NCBI GenBank assembly: GCA_041602195.1
Contig: JBFIGS010000001.1
Coordinates: 1 to 43,360, forward strand
Direction: 5' to 3'
DNA: 43,360 nucleotides
DNA from: Sediminicola sp.
GTDB lineage: Bacteria; Bacteroidota; Bacteroidia; Flavobacteriales; Flavobacteriaceae
The notes under the pieces are model-generated. The model saw only the letters and a program-made list of their open reading frames with translations. It was not told where the DNA came from and ran no database searches. A program made the position numbers and the translations under genes. Of this stretch, positions 9,788-19,739 are shown in pieces. Within the stretch, counting starts at the first letter, position 1, and each line of letters begins with the position of its first letter.

Positions 9788-10348
9788 TTATTCTCGGATC
9801 ACTTTAACAGTTCCATCATTACCGAGTTTTATTATGGATGAGGGAGTGCTTTTCTCTTTATCGCGGTCCAAATTTACTACATAGTCAACACCTTTTAAAA
9901 TCTCACGGCTTATTTCTTTGAAACTTGTGGGGGTGGGTTCTCCTGCAATGTTTGCAGAAGTTGAGACCAACGGCTTTTTCAACCTTTGGATAAGATATTG
10001 GCAAAACTTATCAGAAGCTATACGTATCGCCAAGGTGTCATCTTCCGCTATTAAGTTTTTTGCCACTCCCTTGGGGTGGTCATACACAATGGTGGTGGGT
10101 TTGGTGGCCATATCTATAATGTCAAAAGCAACATCAGGTACTTTTTGGATGTGCTGTTCTAACATAAAATCATTGGCTACCAGGCATATCATTGTTTTGG
10201 TATTGGCCCTCTTTTTTAAGGTATATATTTTTGAGACCGCCTCAGCATTGGTGGCATCGCAACCAATCCCCCAAACCGTATCTGTGGGGTAAAGTATGAT
10301 TCCTCCATTTTGGAGAACATCTAGACAGTTTTTAATTTCTTCAGTCAT
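9788..10348 (-). CDS. tsaC: L-threonylcarbamoyladenylate synthase (YrdC/Sua5)
   Basis: YPTDTVWGIGCD, KKR, STSAN motifs. Confidence 0.93.
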   Translation of the reverse strand: MTEEIKNCLDVLQNGGIILYPTDTVWGIGCDATNAEAVSKIYTLKKRANTKTMICLVANDFMLEQHIQKVPDVAFDIIDMATKPTTIVYDHPKGVAKNLIAEDDTLAIRIASDKFCQYLIQRLKKPLVSTSANIAGEPTPTSFKEISREILKGVDYVVNLDRDKEKSTPSSIIKLGNDGTVKVIRE

Positions 10349-10366
10349 TGTACTAAATTAAAAATC

Positions 10367-10374
10367 CAAAGATA
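10367..10374 (-). promoter_or_regulatory. Housekeeping -7 box for tsaC-cca
   Basis: TATCTTTG 18 nt upstream of the ATG. Confidence 0.55.
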
Positions 10375-10381
10375 CTATGTT

Positions 10382-11227
10382 TTACTGTTTTTGATCCAAT
10401 ACGTCCCCATCTAAAGTAATGTTGAAATATTCTGAAACGGCTATCCATTGGATTCTATTTTTATCCTTATCGATATTCGTTTTTTTGAGAGATTCCTTTT
10501 GGGAGCCGATGATGGGTATTGGGTAATCAGATTTTAAGCTGGCCTCTCTTGAAATGGTACCATGTTTTGTAGACATTGCCTTGAACCATAGGTCATCTGC
10601 CTTTGGGGTCAATTTTAAAAATAAATGTTCATTGGTGGTTTCCTTGGCCAAGGATTTTGGAGGGTACAATACGCCACCAGCCCCAATGGGAATGATGGCC
10701 TTTGGGTTTAGAATTCCTTTATCAGGATAGGTCCATTGTTTGTAGGGAAGGACCTCGCCTTCTGAATCTACTCGTATATATCTCGTTTGGTTGGCAATTA
10801 CATCGTCTGGATACTTCAAATGCTCCTTATACAACAGTTTGAGCCAATTTTTGCGATAAATAAGGTCGTCGTCACAGGTCACAATAAGTTCATCACCAAA
10901 AAGCTCCAGGCTATGGATCAGTTTTCGATGGGAACAGGTGAGGCTAGAATATTTTATTTCAAATCGATCGGACAACAGTTTCGAAAGTTGTGGGGGAATC
11001 TCATTGCTTAGGGAATCATTTAACCATAACAGTATTTTTTTTGGCAGCACTTCTTGATCTAACAGGCTTCTTATAACGATATGCAGCGTGTGCAACCGAG
11101 ACGGTATGGAAGTTAATGAAACGATTACTGGGATTTCTTTTCTATCCTGTATTTCAAAATCTTTAACTTTTTTTGATAAAAGCCTTAGGGTGTGGAAAAT
11201 GGAAACCGGTATTTCTTTAACCTTCAT
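10382..11227 (-). CDS. GT-A fold glycosyltransferase
   Basis: VIVSLTSIPSR, DxD motif TCDDDLIY, GAGGVLYPP, ADDLW. Confidence 0.8.
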   Translation of the reverse strand: MKVKEIPVSIFHTLRLLSKKVKDFEIQDRKEIPVIVSLTSIPSRLHTLHIVIRSLLDQEVLPKKILLWLNDSLSNEIPPQLSKLLSDRFEIKYSSLTCSHRKLIHSLELFGDELIVTCDDDLIYRKNWLKLLYKEHLKYPDDVIANQTRYIRVDSEGEVLPYKQWTYPDKGILNPKAIIPIGAGGVLYPPKSLAKETTNEHLFLKLTPKADDLWFKAMSTKHGTISREASLKSDYPIPIIGSQKESLKKTNIDKDKNRIQWIAVSEYFNITLDGDVLDQKQ

Positions 11228-11293
11228 ACGTCCTATTTATATGATTGATCCTATAGGTTTGTTATAGTGAAATCATGATTATTGATAGAAATC

Positions 11294-11325
11294 CAAAGAT
11301 ATACAATAAGAGTTTTATATTTTTG
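11294..11325. promoter_or_regulatory. Back-to-back -7 boxes of divergent glycosyltransferase genes
   Basis: TATCTTTG on minus (11294-11301) and TATTTTTG on plus (11318-11325). Confidence 0.5.
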
Positions 11326-11344
11326 CCCCATATTTGAACAAACC

Positions 11345-12166
11345 ATGACAAATCCCAAAATTTCTATAATTGTTAGCACCTATAATTCTGAGGATTGGCT
11401 CAGGAAAGTGTTGTGGGGTTTTAATTGTCAGACTTTTAAGGATTTTGAAGTGGTTATTGCAGATGATGGTTCTGGGCCCAAAACCAAAGAGCTTCTTGAG
11501 CAAATGGGAAAGGAAGTTTTTTACCCTATTGTCCATGTCTGGCAGGAGGACGAGGGTTTTCAGAAATCCAGAATCTTAAATAAAGCGGTAGTAGCCTGTA
11601 ATTCAGAATATATTATCATGACCGATGGTGATTGTATTCCACGGGAAGATTTTGTGGAAGTACATTATATCAATAAGGCCAAGGGCTTTTTTATATCGGG
11701 AGGGTATTATATGCTGCCAATGGATATCTCTAAAATAATCAGTAAAGAGGACATCGAAAAACAAAACTGTTTTAATATACAGTGGTTGAAATCCAATGGT
11801 ATTTCCAAGACTTTTAAGAACAATAAACTTACCGCAAAAGGATTTATTTCCAAACTGTTCAACAAACTTACTCCCACCAATGCGAGTTGGAACGGTCATA
11901 ATTCATCTGGTTGGAAAAATGATATCATAGAAGTCAATGGTTTTGACGAGCGAATGCAATATGGAGGGCAGGACCGTGAGCTGGGGGAGCGTCTGTTTAA
12001 TCTAGGCATAAGGTCCAAGCAATTGAGATATAGTGCAGTATGTGTTCATCTAGACCACAAAAGAGGCTATAAAACACCTGAGTCCATTGCTAAAAATGTT
12101 GCAATCCGTAAAGAGGTTAAAAAGATGGGAAGTCATTGGACTTCTTATGGCATAATCAAGAAGTAA
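11345..12166 (+). CDS. Glycosyltransferase family 2
   Basis: ISIIVSTYN, ADDGS, TDGDC, NGFDE, GGQD. ATG at 11345 lies just downstream of the -7 box. Confidence 0.9.
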   Translation: MTNPKISIIVSTYNSEDWLRKVLWGFNCQTFKDFEVVIADDGSGPKTKELLEQMGKEVFYPIVHVWQEDEGFQKSRILNKAVVACNSEYIIMTDGDCIPREDFVEVHYINKAKGFFISGGYYMLPMDISKIISKEDIEKQNCFNIQWLKSNGISKTFKNNKLTAKGFISKLFNKLTPTNASWNGHNSSGWKNDIIEVNGFDERMQYGGQDRELGERLFNLGIRSKQLRYSAVCVHLDHKRGYKTPESIAKNVAIRKEVKKMGSHWTSYGIIKK

Positions 12167-12939
12167 GCTAGCTCATTTTTTTTTTCCAACTGCTTTAATT
12201 CCTTATAGCGCTCATAATCTCCCAGTGCATTTAGATAACAGATGATTACACCTTTTTTACCGTCTAGGATGCCCAAGCGTAAAATATAATGATTAAAGAA
12301 TTTCCATGTGGGTTTTAGGAACAGAAGAAAATAATTGAATTTCTTTTCCTTGTAAAAAGCTTCCTTGGCCTTTAATCTACCATAGTTAAGCATTTTACTT
12401 TTGTAATCTTCGTAATTTTTATAACAATAATGGATGAGTTGTTCTTTTAAAATACCAGAAGAACCTTCAACGTCCAAGGTTTCATGCACAATTTTCTTGT
12501 CCGAAAATTGGGTTTTACTTTTCCGGAACAACCTGTAGTTTTTATCCGTTTGCCATCCGCTAAAATGCAACGGTTTGTTTTGAAACATAAATTTCCTGTA
12601 AAACCAATACGCTACATGCTCATTATCGCCATTTATGGTCTCTACTATTTCTTTTTGCAGCTTTTTGGTCACTACTTCATCAGCGTCTAAAAACAACACC
12701 CAGTCATTGGTTGCCTGTTTGAGGGTAAATGCTTTTTGAGCGGTAAAGTTTTCAAAAGGATTTTGAATCACCTTTATCTTGGGATGATTGCATAGATATT
12801 CGTAGGTGCCATCGGTGCTGAAAGAGTCTACAACGATAATTTCATCAGCAAAATCAATGGATTGGACACATTTTTCGATGTATCCAATCTCATTGTAAGT
12901 TATAATTAATGCCGTGATTTTTTCCTTGGTACTACTCAT
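12145..12939 (-). CDS. Glycosyltransferase family 2 (WaaE/KdtX-like LPS glycosyltransferase)
   Basis: ITYNE, VDSFSTDGT, FLDADE, VHE. A -7 box TACTTTTG at 12977-12984 supports the ATG at 12939. Confidence 0.88.
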   Translation of the reverse strand: MSSTKEKITALIITYNEIGYIEKCVQSIDFADEIIVVDSFSTDGTYEYLCNHPKIKVIQNPFENFTAQKAFTLKQATNDWVLFLDADEVVTKKLQKEIVETINGDNEHVAYWFYRKFMFQNKPLHFSGWQTDKNYRLFRKSKTQFSDKKIVHETLDVEGSSGILKEQLIHYCYKNYEDYKSKMLNYGRLKAKEAFYKEKKFNYFLLFLKPTWKFFNHYILRLGILDGKKGVIICYLNALGDYERYKELKQLEKKNELAYFLIMP

Positions 12940-13037
12940 AAAAGTTGATAACGTAACAACACTTGAATATTGCTGACAAAAGTATAACAAAAAAAAGAAG
13001 GAAAAATTATATAGAGATATAAAATTCCTACAATTTT

Positions 13038-13853
13038 CTACACCGCTACGTTATATTCCCTTAGGGCATCGTTCAGAGAAGTTTTCTTATTTGTGCTCTC
13101 TTTTCTTTGGCCGATAATCAAAGCACAGGGCACCTGATAGTCCCCAGCAGGAAATTTTTTGGTATAGCTTCCGGGAATGACAACAGACCTGGCAGGAACA
13201 AATCCTTTGCGCTCTACAGGAGTATCTCCGGTAACATCTATAATCTTCGTCGAGGCCGTTAATACAACATTGGCGCCAAGTACGGCTTCCGTACCCACGT
13301 GTACACCTTCAACGACTATGCAACGAGAGCCAATAAAGGCGTTATCCTCTATGATCACTGGCGCGGCCTGTAATGGCTCTAAAACGCCTCCAATTCCGAC
13401 ACCACCACTTAAATGTACATTCTTGCCAATTTGGGCACAACTGCCCACCGTGGCCCAAGTATCAACCATTGTGCCTTCGTCTACATAAGCTCCAATATTC
13501 ACATAACTTGGCATTAAAATGGTTCCTGCCGAGATATAGGCTCCATGGCGGGCCACTGCATTTGGCACCACACGGATACCCTTTTCTGCATACCCTCTTT
13601 TTAGCGGCATTTTATCGTGGTACTCAAAAATACCAACCTCCAAAGTTTCCATTTTTTGAATGGGAAAGTATAGAACTACGGCCTTTTTAACCCATTCATT
13701 GATCTGCCAGCCATCAGTTGTTGGTTCGGCACATCGGAGTTGTCCGTTATCTAACAAATCGATGATCTTTCGTATGGCTGCTTGAGTCTTGTCGTCTTTC
13801 AGTAATTCTCGGTTATCCCAAGCTTTTTCTATGATTTGTCTTAATTCGGTCAT
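13038..13853 (-). CDS. dapD: 2,3,4,5-tetrahydropyridine-2,6-dicarboxylate N-succinyltransferase
   Basis: WVKKAVVLYF, hexapeptide repeats, VDTWATVGSCAQIG, GGVLEPLQA. Confidence 0.97.
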   Translation of the reverse strand: MTELRQIIEKAWDNRELLKDDKTQAAIRKIIDLLDNGQLRCAEPTTDGWQINEWVKKAVVLYFPIQKMETLEVGIFEYHDKMPLKRGYAEKGIRVVPNAVARHGAYISAGTILMPSYVNIGAYVDEGTMVDTWATVGSCAQIGKNVHLSGGVGIGGVLEPLQAAPVIIEDNAFIGSRCIVVEGVHVGTEAVLGANVVLTASTKIIDVTGDTPVERKGFVPARSVVIPGSYTKKFPAGDYQVPCALIIGQRKESTNKKTSLNDALREYNVAV

Positions 13854-13871
13854 TTCTAATCAATTTTTCAA

Positions 13872-13939
13872 CAAATATAAACGCTAGGTGGTAATAAACC
13901 TTCCAAATTTATAGTTATAACATTTTATGCTTATTTTTG
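13872..13939. promoter_or_regulatory. Divergent -7 boxes for dapD and ruvX
   Basis: TATATTTG on minus (13872-13879) and TATTTTTG on plus (13932-13939). Confidence 0.55.
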
Positions 13940-13954
13940 CCAAAAAATATTGCG

Positions 13955-14371
13955 GTGGCAAGGATAGTTGCATTGGATTTTGGAAAAGTGAGAACAGGCA
14001 TAGCCGTTACAGACGAGCTACAGATTATTGCTTCCGGTCTGGAAACCGTGGAAACCAAGAATCTGCTAGACTTTCTTAAAAATTATGTACTAAAGGAAAA
14101 AGTTGAGAAGTTTGTCGTTGGGGAACCAAAACAAATGGACAATACCCCATCGGAATCTGAAGCTCTTATTAAGCCTTTTCTTCTGAAATTGACAGCAGCT
14201 TTTCCCGAAATCCCTATAGTTCGCCATGATGAGAGGTTCACTTCAAAAATGGCTTTTCAAACTATGATCGATAGTGGGCTCAAGAAAAAACAACGCAGAA
14301 ACAAGGCATTGGTAGACGAGATCAGTGCTACTATTATTTTACAGGCCTACCTGGAAAAAACCACGTTTTAA
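13955..14371 (+). CDS. ruvX: YqgF/RuvX RNase H-fold nuclease
   Basis: ALDFGKVRTGIA, VVGEP, DERFTS, VDEISA. GTG at 13955 chosen because the -7 box overlaps the upstream TTG. Confidence 0.93.
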   Translation: MARIVALDFGKVRTGIAVTDELQIIASGLETVETKNLLDFLKNYVLKEKVEKFVVGEPKQMDNTPSESEALIKPFLLKLTAAFPEIPIVRHDERFTSKMAFQTMIDSGLKKKQRRNKALVDEISATIILQAYLEKTTF

Positions 14372-15054
14372 TGTTGGTGGACTTTGAAATATGGATCAAA
14401 AGAAAAGCTCAACAGTATTTTGAGAACTTTTACAGTGCCAGGGATATTGCGAGGCTGAAGAATAAGGATTTTGTGATCATAAGCCGTAATTGTTGGGGAG
14501 GTCAAATTTACCAGTGGTTAAAATTACCCTATAACACACCCTTTGTAGGATTGTTCATTTACACCCCATGTTACATCAAAATTCTTAAAAGATTTGATCA
14601 TTACATGAGCCTTGAACTTGGATTCATCGAAGTATCCAAGTATTCAGATTATCCGACCAACTATCCGATAGGTGTTTTGGATGATGTTGAAATTCATTTT
14701 AAACACTATGCGGATGAAGCAGAGGCAAGGGATAAATGGAACAGAAGGAAGGAACGAATGTTGGAAAATAAGAATGTGGACAATTATTTTTTTTCCATAT
14801 GTAGTTGGCGAGGTCTTTCAGACGTAGATTTAAAGGAATTTTACGAGTTGCCCTTTAAAAATAAACTTTCTTTTGGTTGTAATGATTTTTTAGAAGGGAA
14901 GGAAAACCGACATATTAAACTATATAACAATAAGAATGCTAGCTATGCAAATGCTCCTAATGGAAAAAAGCTTTTTAAACTTACATTCCTTTACTTGGAT
15001 TTGGTAGCGTGGTTGAATAGTGGAAAAATATACAGAACAAGATTTAAAGATTAA
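14371..15054 (+). CDS. DUF1919 domain protein (polysaccharide-locus associated)
   Basis: IISRNCWGG, YNTPFVGLF, YPIGVLDDVEIHFKHY, KWNRRKER. Start overlaps the ruvX stop (TAATG). Confidence 0.8.
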   Translation: MLVDFEIWIKRKAQQYFENFYSARDIARLKNKDFVIISRNCWGGQIYQWLKLPYNTPFVGLFIYTPCYIKILKRFDHYMSLELGFIEVSKYSDYPTNYPIGVLDDVEIHFKHYADEAEARDKWNRRKERMLENKNVDNYFFSICSWRGLSDVDLKEFYELPFKNKLSFGCNDFLEGKENRHIKLYNNKNASYANAPNGKKLFKLTFLYLDLVAWLNSGKIYRTRFKD

Positions 15055-15060
15055 TTATAC

Positions 15061-15651
15061 ATGATTTTACCGATTGTAGCTTATGGCGATCCCGTTTTAA
15101 GAAAAGTAGGGACCGAAATTGACAAAGATTACCCTAATCTATCTTCCTTGATAGACAATATGTGGGAAACCATGTACCATGCCCATGGGGTAGGGTTGGC
15201 TGCGCCTCAAATAGGTTTGCCCATAAGAATGTTCATGGTAGATGCCACTCCTTTTGCGGATGATGAAGAATTAACCAAAGAGGAGCAAAATCAATTAAAG
15301 GATTTTAAGCGTGTTTTTATAAATGCCAAAATCTTGGAAGAAACTGGAAAAGAATGGGCATTCAATGAAGGATGTCTGAGCATCCCCGATGTAAGGGAGG
15401 ATGTGATCAGACAGGATACTTTGACCATTAGTTATCTGGATGAAAATTTTGAGCCACATGAGGAAACGTTTGATGGACTCTTGGCCCGTGTAATTCAACA
15501 CGAGTATGACCATATTGAAGGTATTTTGTTCACAGATAAATTATCTTCCTTAAAAAAACGTTTGTTAAAAGGCCGGTTGGCCAATATTTCCAAAGGAAAA
15601 ATCAATGTAGATTACAGAATGCGCTTTCCAGAATTGAAAAAAGCACGTTAA
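15061..15651 (+). CDS. def: Peptide deformylase
   Basis: GVGLAAPQ, EGCLS, QHEYDH. Confidence 0.98.
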   Translation: MILPIVAYGDPVLRKVGTEIDKDYPNLSSLIDNMWETMYHAHGVGLAAPQIGLPIRMFMVDATPFADDEELTKEEQNQLKDFKRVFINAKILEETGKEWAFNEGCLSIPDVREDVIRQDTLTISYLDENFEPHEETFDGLLARVIQHEYDHIEGILFTDKLSSLKKRLLKGRLANISKGKINVDYRMRFPELKKAR

Positions 15652-15710
15652 GTAATTTATTTATTAGAGTAAAAGTATAATATTTGTCCCCACAAATTTA
15701 AAAGTAGGAA

Positions 15711-16136
15711 ATGAGTTTAGATAAAATTTTATCCATAGGAGGAAAACCAGGACTTTATAAATTGTTGACACAGACCCGTACAGGCTTTGTTGCTGAATCC
15801 TTATTGGATGGCAAGAAGATTACGGTTGGTTTTAAAAACAACGTCAGTGTGCTCTCTGAAATAGCCATTTATACCCTAGAGGAAGAAGTGCCTTTAAGGG
15901 AAGTATTTCAAAACATCCAAAAAAAGGAAGATGGAGGAAAGACCTCTGTTGGACATAAGGACGATAAGTTGAAATTGGAAGAGTATTTCTTTGAAATATT
16001 GCCCAATTATGATGAGGACCGAGTGTATATGAGCGATATTAAAAAAGTCGTGCAATGGTATAATATTTTGCATGAGCAAGGTATTACCGATTTTGCGGCA
16101 AAACAAGAAGAGGAAAAAGCGGAAGAAAAGGAGTAG
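15711..16136 (+). CDS. Conserved Bacteroidota protein (DUF5606-like)
   Basis: ILSIGGKPGLY, LSEIAIYT, YDEDRVY..DIKK..WYN. Confidence 0.75.
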   Translation: MSLDKILSIGGKPGLYKLLTQTRTGFVAESLLDGKKITVGFKNNVSVLSEIAIYTLEEEVPLREVFQNIQKKEDGGKTSVGHKDDKLKLEEYFFEILPNYDEDRVYMSDIKKVVQWYNILHEQGITDFAAKQEEEKAEEKE

Positions 16137-16159
16137 TACTTCGTTTCTTTATAAATATT

Positions 16160-16188
16160 AAAAGCCTTCTATCAAGAAGGCTTTTTTT
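16160..16188 (+). terminator. Intrinsic terminator
   Basis: AAAAGCCTTCT-ATCA-AGAAGGCTTTTTTT. Confidence 0.85.
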
Positions 16189-16252
16189 ATGGCGTTTGAT
16201 CATGGAATTATTAGCTATATTTAGACGACTAATTTTTAAAAATCTATATTCA

Positions 16253-19200
16253 ATGCAATTCCGATGCAATTATCACCTTACAGTATTCTTACTATTTGCG
16301 ATCGTATTCCTAGGGAATGCACAACAATCAAAATCCGAGAAGGATACATTAAAAAAGGCGACCAAAGAACTTCCTTTAGAGCCTGAGCGTACGATCTCCT
16401 TTTCTACTGATAAAGGCACATGGATTTCCTTGGATGTAAGCCCAGATGGTGAATCGATCGTTTTTGACCTTATGGGCGATATTTATATGATGCCTATTAC
16501 AGGAGGGAAAGCCCTACCTATAACCAAAGGATTGGCATACGATGTACATCCGAGATACAGTCCTGATGGAAAATCTTTGGTTTATATTTCGGACAAGAGT
16601 GGATCGGACAATATTTGGACCATGGACATTGCCACAAAAAAAGACACCCAATTAAGCAAAGAGAAAAAGGAAAATTTCTTTGCTGCAGAATGGACTCCAG
16701 ACGGGCAATATATCATAGGATCTAAAGGAAGGAGAAATCCCAAACTACATATTTATCACAGGGATGGGGGCAAAGGGAACGAATTAATTTCCGAACCAAA
16801 AGAACTGAAGACCATTGATCCCGCCATAGCGGCCGATGGAAAACTAATCTACTTTTCCCAACGTAAAAATGCCTGGAATTATAATGCACAACTGCCGCAA
16901 TATCAAATTGGCACCTATGACATGGTTGATGGGGATGTTGCCACAATAACATCCAGATATGGTTCAGCATTCACCCCAACTTTGTCCAATGACGGGCATT
17001 GGATGGTTTATGGAACAAGATTTGAAGAAGAAACAGGGTTGATACTTAGAAATCTTAAATCAGGGGAAGAAAAATGGCTAGCCTATCCTGTACAGCGAGA
17101 TGAACAGGAATCTATTGCACCCTTGGGAGTATTGCCGGCTATGTCATTTACCCCAGACAACAAGAATTTAATTGCTTCCTATGGAGGCAAGATCTATAGC
17201 ATTTCTTTGGAAAATAATGTAGCCAAAGAAATACCTTTTGAGGTAGATGTGCAATTGGACCTTGGTCCAAGATTGGAATTTAAATATCCTATTGAAGATG
17301 CTGCAGAAGCAATGGTCACCCAAATTAGAGACGCCAAACCTTCGCCAGATGGCAAGAAATTGGCCTTCACAGCTCTCAATAGACTTTACATCATGGATTT
17401 GCCAAATGGCACACCAAAAAGAATCACGAATCATAATTTCACAGAAGCCCAGCCAGCATGGTCACCCGATGGGAAATATCTTGTATTTACAACTTGGAAA
17501 ATCGGAGGAGGTCATCTTTACAAGGCCAACATAGATGGTCGTACTAAAGTGGAACAATTGACAAAAGAGCCAGGTATTTTTACGAATCCATCTTGGTCGT
17601 ATAATTCAAATAGGATTGCTTTTAATCGTGGGTCGGCCCAAACCTATGATGATGCTATAAGTACTTTCTCTGATAGTGCCCAAGAAGATCTGGTCTGGAT
17701 TAGATCTGAGGGAGGGAACATTAATTTTATTGATAAATCCAAAGATCGGACCTATCCACATTTTACAAAAGTAGATGATCGTATCTATCTATTTGATAGC
17801 AAAAAAGGGCTGGTATCCATTCGTTGGGACGGCTCGGATGAAAAATCCCACTTAGAATTAAAGGGTATTGAGACGTATGGATCTTCCGATGTTTTTGGAA
17901 AGGATCATGATGACCACTATCTCCCATCCATTATGCCATCCTCAGAAGAGGGGTGGAGGGCCGAGGATAAGGCTTCAAAAGCGGCTCAAATACTAATCTC
18001 TCCAGACGCTTCTACTGCCTTGGCTAAAATTAACAACGATATTTATTCTGTTGTAATCCCAAGATATGGTAAGACCCCATCAATTTCGGTAGCGAAACCT
18101 CAAGAGGCGGCTTTCCCAGCTATGAAGCTTACCATTATGGGGGGAGAATTTCCCGTATGGAGTGCAGATAGCAAATTGGTACATTGGTCCCTAGGGGCTA
18201 GTCATTTTGCTTATGATCTGCAGTCAGGAAAGAAATTTAATGACAGTCTGGCCGCTGCGAAAAAAAAGGAAGAAGAATTAAAGGACCTTGGTAAAACTAG
18301 GGATTCATCTAAAGTTGATAAAGTTAACGGTGAAGACCCAAAGAAGAATCCAAAGTTTAAGGCCAATGAATATAAAATAAAGGTCACCTACAAAAAAGAT
18401 ATTCCCAAGGGCAATTTATTGTTGAAGGGAGGACGTATTATTACTATGAGAGGCGACGAGGTAATTGAAAATGGGGATATTTTAATTGAAAATAACCGTA
18501 TAAAACAGCTTGGGGCTTCTGGTAGTTTTGATGTTCCTTCTGGCACAAAAATCCTAGACGTGAGCGGTAAAACCATAACTCCAGGTTTCATAGATACCCA
18601 TGCCCATATGTGGCCTAACTGGAACGTTCATAAGAGTCAGGTATGGATGTATTCTGCGAACCTTGCCTATGGAGTGACCACCACAAGGGATCCTCAAACT
18701 GCGACCACTGATGTACTTACCTATTCCGATATGGTGGAGGCGGGTATGCTACACGGCCCACGAGTTTACAGTACAGGACCAGGTGTTGGCTATTGGTCTT
18801 ATCAAATTGAAAATTTGGAGCACGCCAAAGATATTCTTAGGCAGTATAGTGAATATTACAATACCAAGAGCATTAAAATGTATCTTGTAGGTAACCGTCA
18901 GCAGCGCCAATGGATTATAATGGCCGCCAAGGAACTTCAATTGATGCCGACCACTGAAGGGGGACTAGATTTTAAATTGAATATGACCCAACTATTGGAT
19001 GGCTATCCTGGACACGAACATTCATTACCCATTTACCCTATTTACCAGGATGTGGTAAAGAGTATAGCAGAATCGAAAATGGCAGTTACCCCAACTTTAT
19101 TAGTTTCTTATGGAGGTCCGTGGGCAGAAAATTACTATTACGCCACTGAAAATGTGTGGGGAGATCAAAAGATTCAATATTTTACACCTTATGAAGAATT

Positions 19201-19666
19201 AGCAAAAAAATCAAGGAGAAGACCGGGTTGGTTCATGGAAGAAGAGCATGTTTTTAAAAAGCATGCCGAATTTATGAAGGATCTTGTTGCAGCAGGAGGA
19301 TTGGCAGGTGTTGGTAGTCATGGCCAATTACAAGGTTTAGGTTATCATTGGGAATTATGGTCCGTGGCCAGTGGGGGAATGAAAAATCACAATGCTCTAA
19401 AGGTAGCCACTATCCTTGGGGCTACGGCTTTAGGATTGGATGGTGATTTAGGAACACTCGAAGCAGGTAAATTAGCAGATATTTTAATTCTCTCTAAAAA
19501 TCCCTTGGAGGATATCCGAAATACCAATTCCCTTTTGAATGTTATAAAAAATGGAAAAGTATACGACGCTAATAATTTGGATGAAGTTTGGCCAACGGCA
19601 AAGAAGGCTGAGAGCTTTCATTGGCAGACCAAAAAACCAACAGGAATTCCTGGTTTAGATAAATAG
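16253..19666 (+). CDS. Secreted amidohydrolase-family protein with N-terminal TolB/PD40-like beta-propeller repeats
   Basis: Signal peptide from ATG 16253; repeated SPDG motifs; TPGFIDTHAH, GVTT.RD, SIKMY, GHEH, GTLEAGKLAD. Confidence 0.88.
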   Translation: MQFRCNYHLTVFLLFAIVFLGNAQQSKSEKDTLKKATKELPLEPERTISFSTDKGTWISLDVSPDGESIVFDLMGDIYMMPITGGKALPITKGLAYDVHPRYSPDGKSLVYISDKSGSDNIWTMDIATKKDTQLSKEKKENFFAAEWTPDGQYIIGSKGRRNPKLHIYHRDGGKGNELISEPKELKTIDPAIAADGKLIYFSQRKNAWNYNAQLPQYQIGTYDMVDGDVATITSRYGSAFTPTLSNDGHWMVYGTRFEEETGLILRNLKSGEEKWLAYPVQRDEQESIAPLGVLPAMSFTPDNKNLIASYGGKIYSISLENNVAKEIPFEVDVQLDLGPRLEFKYPIEDAAEAMVTQIRDAKPSPDGKKLAFTALNRLYIMDLPNGTPKRITNHNFTEAQPAWSPDGKYLVFTTWKIGGGHLYKANIDGRTKVEQLTKEPGIFTNPSWSYNSNRIAFNRGSAQTYDDAISTFSDSAQEDLVWIRSEGGNINFIDKSKDRTYPHFTKVDDRIYLFDSKKGLVSIRWDGSDEKSHLELKGIETYGSSDVFGKDHDDHYLPSIMPSSEEGWRAEDKASKAAQILISPDASTALAKINNDIYSVVIPRYGKTPSISVAKPQEAAFPAMKLTIMGGEFPVWSADSKLVHWSLGASHFAYDLQSGKKFNDSLAAAKKKEEELKDLGKTRDSSKVDKVNGEDPKKNPKFKANEYKIKVTYKKDIPKGNLLLKGGRIITMRGDEVIENGDILIENNRIKQLGASGSFDVPSGTKILDVSGKTITPGFIDTHAHMWPNWNVHKSQVWMYSANLAYGVTTTRDPQTATTDVLTYSDMVEAGMLHGPRVYSTGPGVGYWSYQIENLEHAKDILRQYSEYYNTKSIKMYLVGNRQQRQWIIMAAKELQLMPTTEGGLDFKLNMTQLLDGYPGHEHSLPIYPIYQDVVKSIAESKMAVTPTLLVSYGGPWAENYYYATENVWGDQKIQYFTPYEELAKKSRRRPGWFMEEEHVFKKHAEFMKDLVAAGGLAGVGSHGQLQGLGYHWELWSVASGGMKNHNALKVATILGATALGLDGDLGTLEAGKLADILILSKNPLEDIRNTNSLLNVIKNGKVYDANNLDEVWPTAKKAESFHWQTKKPTGIPGLDK

Positions 19667-19685
19667 AAGAAATATTCATCCCCCC

Positions 19686-19722
19686 AAAAAAAAAAGGCTC
19701 TCAACATTGAGGGCCTTTTTTT
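19686..19722. terminator. Bidirectional intrinsic terminator
   Basis: A10-GGCTCTCAA-CA-TTGAGGGCC-T7 between convergent genes. Confidence 0.85.
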
Positions 19723-19739
19723 AGAATTTAAATAGTGAA

